Part shown: positions 34,882 through 43,847 of the stretch, one piece after another
Numbering within the stretch: position 1 is the stretch's first letter
How the letters are laid out: the number at the start of each line of letters is the position of its first letter
Origin: an uncultured Acidimicrobiia bacterium
GTDB taxonomy: Bacteria > Actinomycetota > Acidimicrobiia > Spongiisociales > JAENVV01
Direction: 5' to 3'
Assembly: GCA_964600365.1 (NCBI GenBank)
Contig: CAZRJG010000002.1
Coordinates: 36,180 to 100,179 of the forward strand
DNA length: 64,000 nucleotides
Program-made: the position numbers and the translations under genes
The notes under the pieces: generated by a model
The model's input: the letters and a program-made list of their open reading frames with translations, nothing else
Database searches by the model: none
What the model was told of the DNA's origin: nothing

Positions 34882-35484
34882 GTGACCGGTCCCCGAACGC
34901 AGCCTCCCCGCTGGCTCATCCCGGTCGCCGTCGGCGCCATCGTCTCGATCCTGTGGGGACTCGGCGCGCTGATCCTGTCCGGCCGGGACGACACCGCGGA
35001 ACGACCGAGCCGGATCGCCCTCGGACGCACCGAGGACGGCGCCGCGATCAGAGTCCTCGTCGAGGGCTGCGACACCCTTTCAGTGCTCCGCGTGTCGGTC
35101 CTCCTCGGTCCCGAGCCCGTCTGGGAGTTGCGGGGGACGGCGCCACCCAGCCGTACTGCGTTCGTTGTGGGGCAGTCCGCCGACCCACTCGTGGTCACGA
35201 CCCCCCTCGGCGAACCGCTCGGACGCGACGTGCGCTACACGGTCGAAGTCGAGTCGGATCGCGTGGAGGCAGCCGGATTCACGCCCCGCCAGGTGCCCCC
35301 CGTTGGCGTTCTCCACGACGGCGTGGAACGCACGACCGACGGGTTCGTCCGCTTGGTCGACGACGCATGGTGCCGACCGGAGACAGAGCTGCCCCTCGTG
35401 GGATCACTCGTCGCCCAGCTCGTCATCGTGTTCGCCGGGGCGGCGTTCGCCGTCGTCGCTGCCGGGCTCCTCGGGGACGACTGA
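34882..35484 (+). CDS. Hypothetical membrane protein (N- and C-terminal TM segments)
   Basis: Coding-like composition, TM helix at both ends. The GTG start is uncertain. Confidence 0.4.
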   Translation: MTGPRTQPPRWLIPVAVGAIVSILWGLGALILSGRDDTAERPSRIALGRTEDGAAIRVLVEGCDTLSVLRVSVLLGPEPVWELRGTAPPSRTAFVVGQSADPLVVTTPLGEPLGRDVRYTVEVESDRVEAAGFTPRQVPPVGVLHDGVERTTDGFVRLVDDAWCRPETELPLVGSLVAQLVIVFAGAAFAVVAAGLLGDD

Positions 35485-36987
35485 CTACCAGTCGACGAGG
35501 ACGAGCAACTCCATCGTCGTCGTCCCACCGTTGGTCGCGCCTCCCGCGACCACGGCATCGATGGCGTCGTGGGCGAAGACGTCGGTGAGCCCGGAGAGGT
35601 CCATGTCGGGGAGCGAGACGTCCCCGCCGAGGTCCGCGAAGCCGGTCAGGCCCTCGAACAGGAGCCCGAGGTCGAGGTCCTGGAGGCCCTTCGGGTCGAT
35701 CCAGAGCAGGACGGACGATCCGTCCTCCAATGCCCCCACGGCTGCCTGCCACTCCTCCGTGTCGACGAGCAGCGGGCCCTCCCCAAGGGCGTTCTCCCGG
35801 GTTCCCGAGAGGGTGAGGGTGTCGTCCGTCGCCGAGAGCACGGCGAGGTCACCGAGGAATGGGATCGAGAGCGAATACGCAGTTCCGTCGTCGGTCTTCT
35901 CTTCCTCGATGCCCCCTAGGGGGAGCTCCAACCGCTCGCCGACGAGGCCGAGCAGGGACTCGGCGAGGGCGTGGGGATCGGGGCTCTCGACGGAGAGCAC
36001 CAGGTCGATCGGCGCTCCGAGCACCTGGCCGAGCAGGGCATCGTTCGAAGAGACGAGACCGAATCCGACCGAGCCGTCGAGCAGTTCGACCACGCCGAGC
36101 AGGTCCTGGAGGCCGGGGACCGCCTCCCCCCGGTCGCCGAAGGGGATGCCGAGGTCGGGGATCGCCGCCACCGCGCCCAGCGCGGTGTCAGCCGGAAGCA
36201 TCTCGACGAGTGAGTCGTCGATGACCTCCCCGAAGAGGTCCGCATCGGTGGTGATCCCCCACCGGATCCCGACATCATCCACCCCATAGGTGATGACCGC
36301 AGGGGCGAGGCGCTCCGCATCCAGGGCAAGGCCGGTGCCGAAGAGCGATGTGTCACCGCCCAAGAGGGCGGGGAGGTCGAGCCAGGCGACGAGGAGGTCG
36401 TCGCCCACGAGCGCCCGGGCCTCCTCCACATCGAGGATCGAAGTCGAGGCGAGCGCCGCAAGCGAGGCATCGAGCCCATCCCCCGCACAGAGGTAGACAC
36501 CGGCACCGAGTCGGCCCACGGTCGCCGTCATGCCATCGAACTCGAGCACGTGGACGGTGCCGCCCTCCACGTCCCGCGCCGACTCGGATCGGATGCCGTC
36601 GAGGGCGCGGACCTCGTCGACGAAGGCATCGGCCCCGGAACGGTCGTCGACCTCGGCGATCACGCATCGGTCGTGGGAGGAGGGGGATGCCCACATGGCG
36701 ACGGGTCCCGCCGACCACGGCATGACGTCCTCGATGATCGAGATGCCCATCCCCTCGGTGACGAGGTCGTCGAGGAGTCCGAGGCCCGGAAGGTCGCCAT
36801 CGAAGGCGGCCTGCGCACGTTCGGAGGACGCTTCCTCTTGGATCGCACGCAGGTCTGCCGAGACCACGATCGCAGCGTCCTCGGGAACGGCGGCAAGCGG
36901 GTCGAGGTCGGCATCGAAGGCCACGACGATGAGGGCCACCCCGACGACGAGGCTGGCGACCCCCACCCAGATGATCGATGACTTCAT
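35485..36987 (-). CDS. Membrane-anchored Asp/Gly/Leu-rich hypothetical protein (possibly DUF3352-like)
   Basis: N-terminal TM (IIWVGVASLVVGVALIVVAF), 500 aa, acidic and low in complexity. The family assignment is tentative. Confidence 0.5.
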   Translation of the reverse strand: MKSSIIWVGVASLVVGVALIVVAFDADLDPLAAVPEDAAIVVSADLRAIQEEASSERAQAAFDGDLPGLGLLDDLVTEGMGISIIEDVMPWSAGPVAMWASPSSHDRCVIAEVDDRSGADAFVDEVRALDGIRSESARDVEGGTVHVLEFDGMTATVGRLGAGVYLCAGDGLDASLAALASTSILDVEEARALVGDDLLVAWLDLPALLGGDTSLFGTGLALDAERLAPAVITYGVDDVGIRWGITTDADLFGEVIDDSLVEMLPADTALGAVAAIPDLGIPFGDRGEAVPGLQDLLGVVELLDGSVGFGLVSSNDALLGQVLGAPIDLVLSVESPDPHALAESLLGLVGERLELPLGGIEEEKTDDGTAYSLSIPFLGDLAVLSATDDTLTLSGTRENALGEGPLLVDTEEWQAAVGALEDGSSVLLWIDPKGLQDLDLGLLFEGLTGFADLGGDVSLPDMDLSGLTDVFAHDAIDAVVAGGATNGGTTTMELLVLVDW

Positions 36988-37023
36988 TCGGGAATCCCTT
37001 CTTCTGCAGAAGGGTATCCCTGC

Positions 37024-38445
37024 TCAGGATTCATCGACGATGGCACGGTCACCCCGCGACCACATCACCGCCATGAGCACCACCTGCATCCCGATCGCAA
37101 TGAGGAACGCCTCGTCGAAGAGGTCGCGGGCCCCGGCGCGGATCGAGTCGAGGTCGCCGCCGAGCGTACGAACGCGCCCCAGGACCCACTCGGTGAGCAG
37201 GGACGTGCCGAGGGCCATGCCCACGAGTCGGAGCACGATCACGCCGGCCGATGTCTTCCCCCGCTCACCGGGGGTCCGCCGGATCAGTCGATCGGCGGTG
37301 ATCGCGAGGAAGCCACCGAATCCCACGCCTGCGAGTACGAGTCCGGGGACGAGCGACCACTCCGTATCACCCCAGCCGCGACTCAACGCGAGTCCGAGGA
37401 GCGCGAGCGCTGATGAGGCGCCCACGAGGAAGCGCTCGTCCCACCTCGCTCCGAGACGTCCCCCGAGGGGCGCTGCGGCCGCCATCGGGATGGTGAACGC
37501 CGAGAGCAGGACGCCCGTGATGAGGGCCGCACGATCGACGTCCTCCTCGAGGAGGGTCGAGACGTAGAGGGGGACCGCGGCGAGGACGAAGAAGATGAGT
37601 GCGCCGAGGAAGGCATTCCCCACCGACTCCCGCCACCCCTCGACGATCACCCGGACCGGCACGAGCCTGCCCGCAAAGGCGACGGCGACGACACACCCCG
37701 CAACGGCCAGGGCCACACGGACGGGGAGTCCGAAGGGCCCGCCCGCGGCGAGCGCAACGAGCGCGATCCCCGACGCCCCGAGGATCGACCCGGGCCACCC
37801 ACCCCCCGGACGGGCGGCTTCGGGCTGCATCCCTCGTCGCACCACGACGTACGAGATGGCTGCGAGGGGGATGTTCACCCAGAAGATGACTCGCCAGTCG
37901 ACCACCTGGACGAGCAAGCCGCCGTAGAGGTGACCGAGCATCCACCCCGCCATGTCGACGCCGGCGATGAAGCCGAGGTCTCGCAGGCGACGGGAGGGGT
38001 CACCGGAGACGGCCGCCATTGCGGCGGGCACCACAGCGCCCGCGCCGAGTGCCTGGAGGCAACGCGCCGCAATGAGCACCCCGAGGGCAGTCATCTCGGG
38101 GTCGGGGCGGGCCTCGAACAGGCGAAAGGCCAGCGAGAGCACCCATCGGGTTGGCTCCCCCGTCGCCGTGGCCACGAAGAGCGAACCCACCACGAACACT
38201 CCGGTGGCGACGAGGAACGCATGGCGTGACCCGCGCCGATCGGTGAGGACCCCACCGAGCGCCACCGCCGCGGCATAGGCGATGAGGTAGCCGGTGACCA
38301 TCCATGACGCCGTGCGCAGGCCTCCCGGGAGGGGGATGGCGAGCTCCGCCACCACGGCGGGGAGCACCGCCGTGACAACGGTGAGGTCCAACGCGCCCAG
38401 CAGGACCGGCAGGGCGAGCACCCACCGGTTCACGGTGCGGTTCAT
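37024..38445 (-). CDS. MFS drug:H+ antiporter (DHA2-like; P55/Rv1410c-like partner of LprG)
   Basis: 14-TM profile; start at the internal Met MNRTVNRWVLALPVLLG. It lies directly downstream of, and overlaps, the lprG-like gene. Confidence 0.8.
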   Translation of the reverse strand: MNRTVNRWVLALPVLLGALDLTVVTAVLPAVVAELAIPLPGGLRTASWMVTGYLIAYAAAVALGGVLTDRRGSRHAFLVATGVFVVGSLFVATATGEPTRWVLSLAFRLFEARPDPEMTALGVLIAARCLQALGAGAVVPAAMAAVSGDPSRRLRDLGFIAGVDMAGWMLGHLYGGLLVQVVDWRVIFWVNIPLAAISYVVVRRGMQPEAARPGGGWPGSILGASGIALVALAAGGPFGLPVRVALAVAGCVVAVAFAGRLVPVRVIVEGWRESVGNAFLGALIFFVLAAVPLYVSTLLEEDVDRAALITGVLLSAFTIPMAAAAPLGGRLGARWDERFLVGASSALALLGLALSRGWGDTEWSLVPGLVLAGVGFGGFLAITADRLIRRTPGERGKTSAGVIVLRLVGMALGTSLLTEWVLGRVRTLGGDLDSIRAGARDLFDEAFLIAIGMQVVLMAVMWSRGDRAIVDES

Positions 38446-39110
38446 GACGGGGGTTCGACGACGTGGTCGGGGCCGTAGTCGAAGACGTCGATCACCCAAC
38501 GACCCGTCTCATCGGTGACCGCAACGCGACGGAACTCGCCCTCGTCGCTCACCCACAACTCGGCACGACCCACGGTGTCGGGGATGAGGCCGGCGGAGAT
38601 CTCAGAGAGGCGGACCGCATCCAGGTCCACGGCCACCTGGTGGAGGGACTCACCGGGAAGGCCATCGGCTTCGCCGCGGCCGACGTACTCAGGGTTCGTG
38701 AAGTCCTCGGAAAGGACAGCGGAGAGGCCATCGGCACCAAAGAGGCCTGCGACGGTGATGGCGTCCATCGGATCGATCTCGGACCACTCCCCCGAGAGCG
38801 GATCCTGCTGCCACGACCGGTCGTCGATGCTCGCGACCGCGGCCTGGACGATGAGTCCGCCCAGGGCGACCTTGACGTCGGTGTACACGCCCGAGGGCGC
38901 CTCGTACTCGCCACTCGCCGAACGGATCTTCCACCCACCGATGTCGCGCAGTTCTCCCTCGCGGGTCACCCTGAACGCGAACCCGTCGGCACGGAGGAGT
39001 GCATCGGCCGCCTGGTCGACGAGGCCCTGGGGATCGGGAGGGGGCTCCTCGGCGCACCCGGCGAACACCCCCGTGAACAGGATCGCGAGCACGACGAGTC
39101 GGGCCGTCAT
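38442..39110 (-). CDS. lprG: LppX/LprAFG family lipoprotein (LprG-like glycolipid carrier)
   Basis: Lipobox FAGC and the fold length. The arrangement, lipoprotein then MFS pump with overlapping stop/start, matches the mycobacterial lprG-p55 operon. Confidence 0.7.
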   Translation of the reverse strand: MTARLVVLAILFTGVFAGCAEEPPPDPQGLVDQAADALLRADGFAFRVTREGELRDIGGWKIRSASGEYEAPSGVYTDVKVALGGLIVQAAVASIDDRSWQQDPLSGEWSEIDPMDAITVAGLFGADGLSAVLSEDFTNPEYVGRGEADGLPGESLHQVAVDLDAVRLSEISAGLIPDTVGRAELWVSDEGEFRRVAVTDETGRWVIDVFDYGPDHVVEPPS

Positions 39111-39207
39111 GGGGTACAGGGTACGGGCGTGCCGACGTTGCGGCCGCGACATGCAAGAGGGCGACGCCATAGGCGTCGCCCTCGAGACCTTGCGGCCGAA
39201 GCCGGTA

Positions 39208-39300
39208 TCAGCGCTTCCGCTTGTGGCGGTTCTTCTTGAGGCGCTTCCGATACTTGTGCTTCGACATCTTCTTGCGCCGCTTCTTGACGAGCGAACCCAT
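39208..39300 (-). CDS. 30S ribosomal protein bS22 (30 aa, highly basic)
   Basis: MGSLVKKRRKKMSKHKYRKRLKKNRHKRKR closely resembles actinobacterial bS22 (MGSVIKKRRKRM.KKKHRKLL...). Not listed as a separate ORF by the ORF track. Confidence 0.7.
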   Translation of the reverse strand: MGSLVKKRRKKMSKHKYRKRLKKNRHKRKR

Positions 39301-39390
39301 GGTTGAACCTCGAAAACGGAGAGGGGGTAAGCGCAAAACGTAGGCGCGAAGGGGGAGTTTCGCAAGCCGAGCGGGCGTAGGGTGGTGCCC

Positions 39391-41091
39391 ATGGATGCCG
39401 TTGCACGCGCACGCGAATGGATCGCCGGGGACCCCGATCCCCTGACCCGTGGGGAACTCCAAGCCCTCATCGACCATGGCGACGAGAACGCCCTCCGGGA
39501 GCGGATGACAGGACCCCTCCGGTTCGGGACCGCGGGGATCCGCGGCGCCGTCGAGGCCGGCGACGCCCGGATGAACCGCGCCACCATCATCCGCACGACC
39601 GCGGGCCTCGCCGCCTACCTCTCGGAACGATTCGGCACTGGCGGCACCGTGGTTGTCGGCTTCGACGCACGCCTCAGCTCGGAGCAGTTCGCCCGGGACA
39701 CGATCGGCGTCCTGGTGGCTGCTGGTTTCGACGTACGGTTCTTCGGCGAGCCGACCCCGACACCCGTGATCGCCTACGCGGGAAAGGTCCTCGACGCGAT
39801 CTCGACCGTCATCATCACCGCCAGCCACAATCCTCCCCAGGACAACGGGTACAAGGCCTACGACGCAAACGCTGCGCAGATCGTTCCGCCGGTGGACGGG
39901 CTGATCGCGGCGGCGATCGATCGGGTCGGGCGGGCGATCGACGTCGCCTGTGACGAGGTCGACCTCATGGCGCCCCCGGAAGGGGCGAAGGCCATCGGAC
40001 CCGACCTGTTCGACCAGTACTGGGCGGAGGCCGCGGCTGAGCGCCCCCACGTGGCGGGCGCCCCCATCCGCATCGTCACGACCCCGCTCCACGGCGTCGG
40101 TGGCGCACCGGTCGTGGAGTTCCTCGCACGTGGAGGTCACACCGACGTCCACCCCGTCACCGAGCAGTTCGCTCCCGACGGCCACTTCCCCACGGTCGCC
40201 TTCCCGAACCCGGAGGAGCCCGGGGCACTCGACCTCGCCACCTCGTTGGCGACGGAGATCGACGCAGACGTCGTGCTGGCGAACGACCCCGACGTGGACC
40301 GACTCGCGGTCGCACTTCCCTCACCCTCGGGGTGGCGCCCCCTCACGGGGAACCAGATCGGCGTCCTCCTCGCCGACCACGTGCTCTCCCACTGGTCCCA
40401 CGATCAGCGGCCGCTCGTCGCCAACTCCATCGTCTCGTCTCCCATGCTCTTTGCCGTGGCGGAGGCGTACGGGGCCCGATGCGAACAGACCCTCACGGGA
40501 TTCAAGTGGATCTGCAACGCGGCAATGGACCTCGAGGAGTCCGACGGGATCCGGTTCGCGATGGGATTCGAGGAGGCAATTGGGTACTCGATCGGGCCGG
40601 TCGTGCGGGACAAGGACGGCATCGGTGCGGCACTCGTGTTCGCCGACCTCGTAGGGGCCGTGAAGGCCAGAGGGCGTTCCGTCTGGGACCTCCTCGCCGA
40701 CCTCGCCGTCCGAGATGGGCTGTGGGTCTCTGCGCAGCACTCCGTCGTGCGTCCCGGGACGGAGGGAGCCGCCGATATCAGTGCGGCCATGGCGAAGCTC
40801 TCCGGCGACCACCCCACCGCGCTCGGAGGACGAGCCGTCGGCGCAGTCACGGACTACCGGACCGGACAGGAGTCACGCCCGCGCTGGCTCCCCAACACGA
40901 GCCTCGTCGCCCTCGAGCTCGATGGCGGTCGCGTGCTCGTGCGACCGTCGGGCACCGAACCGAAGCTGAAGATCTACGTCGACCTCCGCGCCGACTTCGA
41001 CGCGGCCGATGACTTCCTCGCCCGCGAGGAGGCACTCACCTCCGATGCCCGCGCCATCGGCGCCGAGATGGCCGAGTGGTTGGGGATCTGA
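39391..41091 (+). CDS. Phospho-sugar mutase (phosphomannomutase/phosphoglucomutase, alpha-D-phosphohexomutase family)
   Basis: Active-site TASHNP and the four-domain length; 567 aa. Confidence 0.8.
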   Translation: MDAVARAREWIAGDPDPLTRGELQALIDHGDENALRERMTGPLRFGTAGIRGAVEAGDARMNRATIIRTTAGLAAYLSERFGTGGTVVVGFDARLSSEQFARDTIGVLVAAGFDVRFFGEPTPTPVIAYAGKVLDAISTVIITASHNPPQDNGYKAYDANAAQIVPPVDGLIAAAIDRVGRAIDVACDEVDLMAPPEGAKAIGPDLFDQYWAEAAAERPHVAGAPIRIVTTPLHGVGGAPVVEFLARGGHTDVHPVTEQFAPDGHFPTVAFPNPEEPGALDLATSLATEIDADVVLANDPDVDRLAVALPSPSGWRPLTGNQIGVLLADHVLSHWSHDQRPLVANSIVSSPMLFAVAEAYGARCEQTLTGFKWICNAAMDLEESDGIRFAMGFEEAIGYSIGPVVRDKDGIGAALVFADLVGAVKARGRSVWDLLADLAVRDGLWVSAQHSVVRPGTEGAADISAAMAKLSGDHPTALGGRAVGAVTDYRTGQESRPRWLPNTSLVALELDGGRVLVRPSGTEPKLKIYVDLRADFDAADDFLAREEALTSDARAIGAEMAEWLGI

Positions 41092-41092
41092 C

Positions 41093-41911
41093 TCAACCGA
41101 CGAACACTGCGAGGCGGTCGAGTTCGGAGATCACCTCTCCCGGTGTGCCGGCGGGAACGGTGAAGACCGCCCGTCGGACGCCGCGCTGACGGAGCCCCTC
41201 GAGCGTCGCATCGTCGCGATTCGGAGCCCACACGCTCACCGCGAATCGGTCCGGGTCCTCACCCCTGCGCGCACACTCGGCAAGGAAGGCGTCGTGGTCC
41301 TGCTCGAACCTCCGCCCGAACGGGATCCAGCCGTCCGCGAAGTCGAAGAGGGCGTCGAAGTTCTTCGGGCCGGACGCCGCGCCGAGTACCACCGGGGGAT
41401 GGGGGCGCTGCACCGGCTTCGGCCATGCCCATGACGGCGCGAGATGGACGAGCTCGCCCTCGTAGGACGCCTCCTCTTGGGTCCATAGCGCCTTCATGAG
41501 GCGGACCTTCTCGGCGACCAGTCGCCTCCGGGTCCGGGGTTCCACCCCATGATGGCCCATCTCCTCGCGGTTCCACCCGAAGCCCACCCCGAACTCGACC
41601 CGGCCCCCCGAGACCACGTCGAGCGAGGCGATCTGCTTCGCGAGCCAGATCGGGTCGTGCTGCGCCACGAGCGTGACACCCGTTCCCAGGCGGATCCGCT
41701 CCGTCGTCGCCGCCATCGCGGCGAGCGCCACGATCACATCGTGGGTGTGCCAGTAATACTCGGGCAGGCTGGGGTTCGAGGCAAGGCTCGTAGGGATGTG
41801 GGAGTGCTCGGGGAGGAAGAGGGACTCGAATCCACGGGCCTCGACCGCGCGCCCGAGCTCCACGGGCTGGAGCGTGGTGTCAGTGACGAAGATGGCGATC
41901 CCGACGTCCAT
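41093..41911 (-). CDS. LLM-class F420-dependent oxidoreductase
   Basis: Luciferase-like monooxygenase TIM-barrel motifs (FESLFLPEH..., GGRVEFGVGFGW). Confidence 0.75.
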   Translation of the reverse strand: MDVGIAIFVTDTTLQPVELGRAVEARGFESLFLPEHSHIPTSLASNPSLPEYYWHTHDVIVALAAMAATTERIRLGTGVTLVAQHDPIWLAKQIASLDVVSGGRVEFGVGFGWNREEMGHHGVEPRTRRRLVAEKVRLMKALWTQEEASYEGELVHLAPSWAWPKPVQRPHPPVVLGAASGPKNFDALFDFADGWIPFGRRFEQDHDAFLAECARRGEDPDRFAVSVWAPNRDDATLEGLRQRGVRRAVFTVPAGTPGEVISELDRLAVFVG

Positions 41912-41923
41912 CGAACCATCGCC

Positions 41924-42772
41924 TCAGCGAAGTCCGTCAACGGCGACGGGGAGGACGCGAACCTCGCCCTCCCCTGCGAGCCGTCGGGTGCAGGCGTCGA
42001 CCACGGCATCCACTCGCGGCTCGGCCGCGATCGCCAGGATCGTCGGTCCGGCACCCGACCAGCACGCGTGCGCTGCCCCTGCTCCGCGGGCCGTGGCGAT
42101 GAGGTCCCCGGCGAGCGGGTGGAGACCCGCCCTGGGGGCCTCATGCAACTCGTCCCCCCCGGCCTCGGCGAGCGTGGGCTCTTCTCCGGTGCGCAGCCCT
42201 TCGACCAGGGAGATGAGCCGACTCAATGAGCGCACGACTGCGTCGCGCGGGACCTCGGACGGCAGCACGTCACGCGCCTGCTTGGTGAGCAGTTGGAACG
42301 AGGGGATGGCAGCCACGATCGTCCACCGGGGGTCGAGGGCGAGCCGGACGGGCCGACCGCTGGGGAGCACACAGACGAGGCCTCCATACACCGCAGCGGC
42401 AGCGTTGTCGGCGTGGCCTTCCCGATCGGCGACCATCGCGAAGACCCGGTCGGGATCGGCGTCATCACCGACGGCGCGGAGCGCTGCGGCAACCCCTGCG
42501 GCATAGGCCGCTGCCGACGATCCGAGTCCCCGGGCGAGCGGGATGTCATTCGCCACGGTGAGCCGGAGCGGGCGGTCGTCGCCGACGGCGTCCTTGGCGG
42601 CTCGCAGCACGAGGTCCTCTCCCTGCTCAAGGGAGTGCCGGCCGACGTGGACACACGCCCACTCCTCGGCGGGTTCGGCGCTCACCTCACAGCGGAGCTC
42701 GAAGCCGAGGGCCACGACGTCGAATCCGGGGCCGATGTTTCCCGAGGATGCGACGGCGGAGGCGGTGGGCAT
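41924..42772 (-). CDS. thrB: Homoserine kinase
   Basis: GHMP kinase motif (PLARGLGSSAA) and an N-terminal SSGNIGPGFD. Confidence 0.8.
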   Translation of the reverse strand: MPTASAVASSGNIGPGFDVVALGFELRCEVSAEPAEEWACVHVGRHSLEQGEDLVLRAAKDAVGDDRPLRLTVANDIPLARGLGSSAAAYAAGVAAALRAVGDDADPDRVFAMVADREGHADNAAAAVYGGLVCVLPSGRPVRLALDPRWTIVAAIPSFQLLTKQARDVLPSEVPRDAVVRSLSRLISLVEGLRTGEEPTLAEAGGDELHEAPRAGLHPLAGDLIATARGAGAAHACWSGAGPTILAIAAEPRVDAVVDACTRRLAGEGEVRVLPVAVDGLR

Positions 42773-42828
42773 GGGCGGGGAGGTTAGTGACGCCCGACTT
42801 GGCCCGACCCCGGTCGTAGGCTTCCCAT

Positions 42829-43041
42829 GTGGACATCCTCGGGTTGGACACCCTGTTCGCGGAAATGCTGCTCGGCGTGGGCCTCGCGATGCTCATCGGC
42901 AATGGCTTCGCGTGGTGGAAACATCGTCGGAACGAGACCCCCGACTTCGAGGGGGCCCAGTTCCGACCCGGCCGAGTGGTCTTCCTCGGCGGTATCGGAC
43001 TCTTCATCGCCATCTGGGCAGGCCTTTCCCTGATCGGGTAG
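42829..43041 (+). CDS. Small two-TM membrane protein (70 aa)
   Basis: Two hydrophobic helices separated by a basic loop (WWKHRRNE). Confidence 0.35.
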   Translation: MDILGLDTLFAEMLLGVGLAMLIGNGFAWWKHRRNETPDFEGAQFRPGRVVFLGGIGLFIAIWAGLSLIG

Positions 43042-43095
43042 GTGTCGATCGGCAGGCTGCGGGGTCCGATCGAAGGCACCGCCCGGCAGTCGCGG

Positions 43096-43839
43096 TCAGA
43101 CCAATCGCGGCGGTTCGGGACGGACCGTCCCTGCCACCCTGGATCGGCGCTCCTGCCAGGACAGGTGCAGGGTGGACGGATGGCCGATCTCCTCTCCCTG
43201 GAGCACCCGCACCTCACCCGACTCCTCTCCCCACGCGCTCCTGGCCCGGGCGAGGGCGACCGCTGCTGATCCCGTCGCGGGGTCCTCGAACTCCGACCCG
43301 GCGAAGAACCGGGCTCGGACGGTGGCGCCGGCGTCTGCCACGACGTAGACCCATTCGGCTCCCGGTTGCGACTCGATCGCCGCCACCGCGTCCACCGACG
43401 CCACCTCCCAGATGATGTAGGGCATCGGCATGTGGACCACACATGCCCGGATCGGGTCCGGGAGCCAGCCCGGCCAACGGCCGCCAAACTCCTCGACGCG
43501 CTGGTCGAGCGGCGCCTCGATCCACCCCCTGTCACCGACCGTTCCGCACCGGATGGGACCGATCGGGGGTCGCAGTGACCTGATCCGTTCGCCGTGATGG
43601 GCCAGCCACCACGCAGCCCCGACGAGCGGGTGCCCGGCGAACGGCAGTTCGGCGAACGGCGTGAAGATCCGCACGACGCCCCCGGGGAAGAGGAAGATCG
43701 TCTCGGAGTACCCGACCTCGGCGGCGATAACCTGCATCTCGGCTGTCGACCGGGCCACGCCGTCGCTCACGATGCCAAGGTGGTTGCCGCTGGCCTCCCC
43801 GCGGGTGAACACTCGGACTACGTCGACCCTCACCTCCAT
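43096..43839 (-). CDS. PhzF family isomerase
   Basis: VDVVRVFT..GN.LGIV, SETIFL and FAGHPLVGAAW motifs. Confidence 0.75.
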   Translation of the reverse strand: MEVRVDVVRVFTRGEASGNHLGIVSDGVARSTAEMQVIAAEVGYSETIFLFPGGVVRIFTPFAELPFAGHPLVGAAWWLAHHGERIRSLRPPIGPIRCGTVGDRGWIEAPLDQRVEEFGGRWPGWLPDPIRACVVHMPMPYIIWEVASVDAVAAIESQPGAEWVYVVADAGATVRARFFAGSEFEDPATGSAAVALARARSAWGEESGEVRVLQGEEIGHPSTLHLSWQERRSRVAGTVRPEPPRLV

Positions 43840-43847
43840 GCGGGCCC

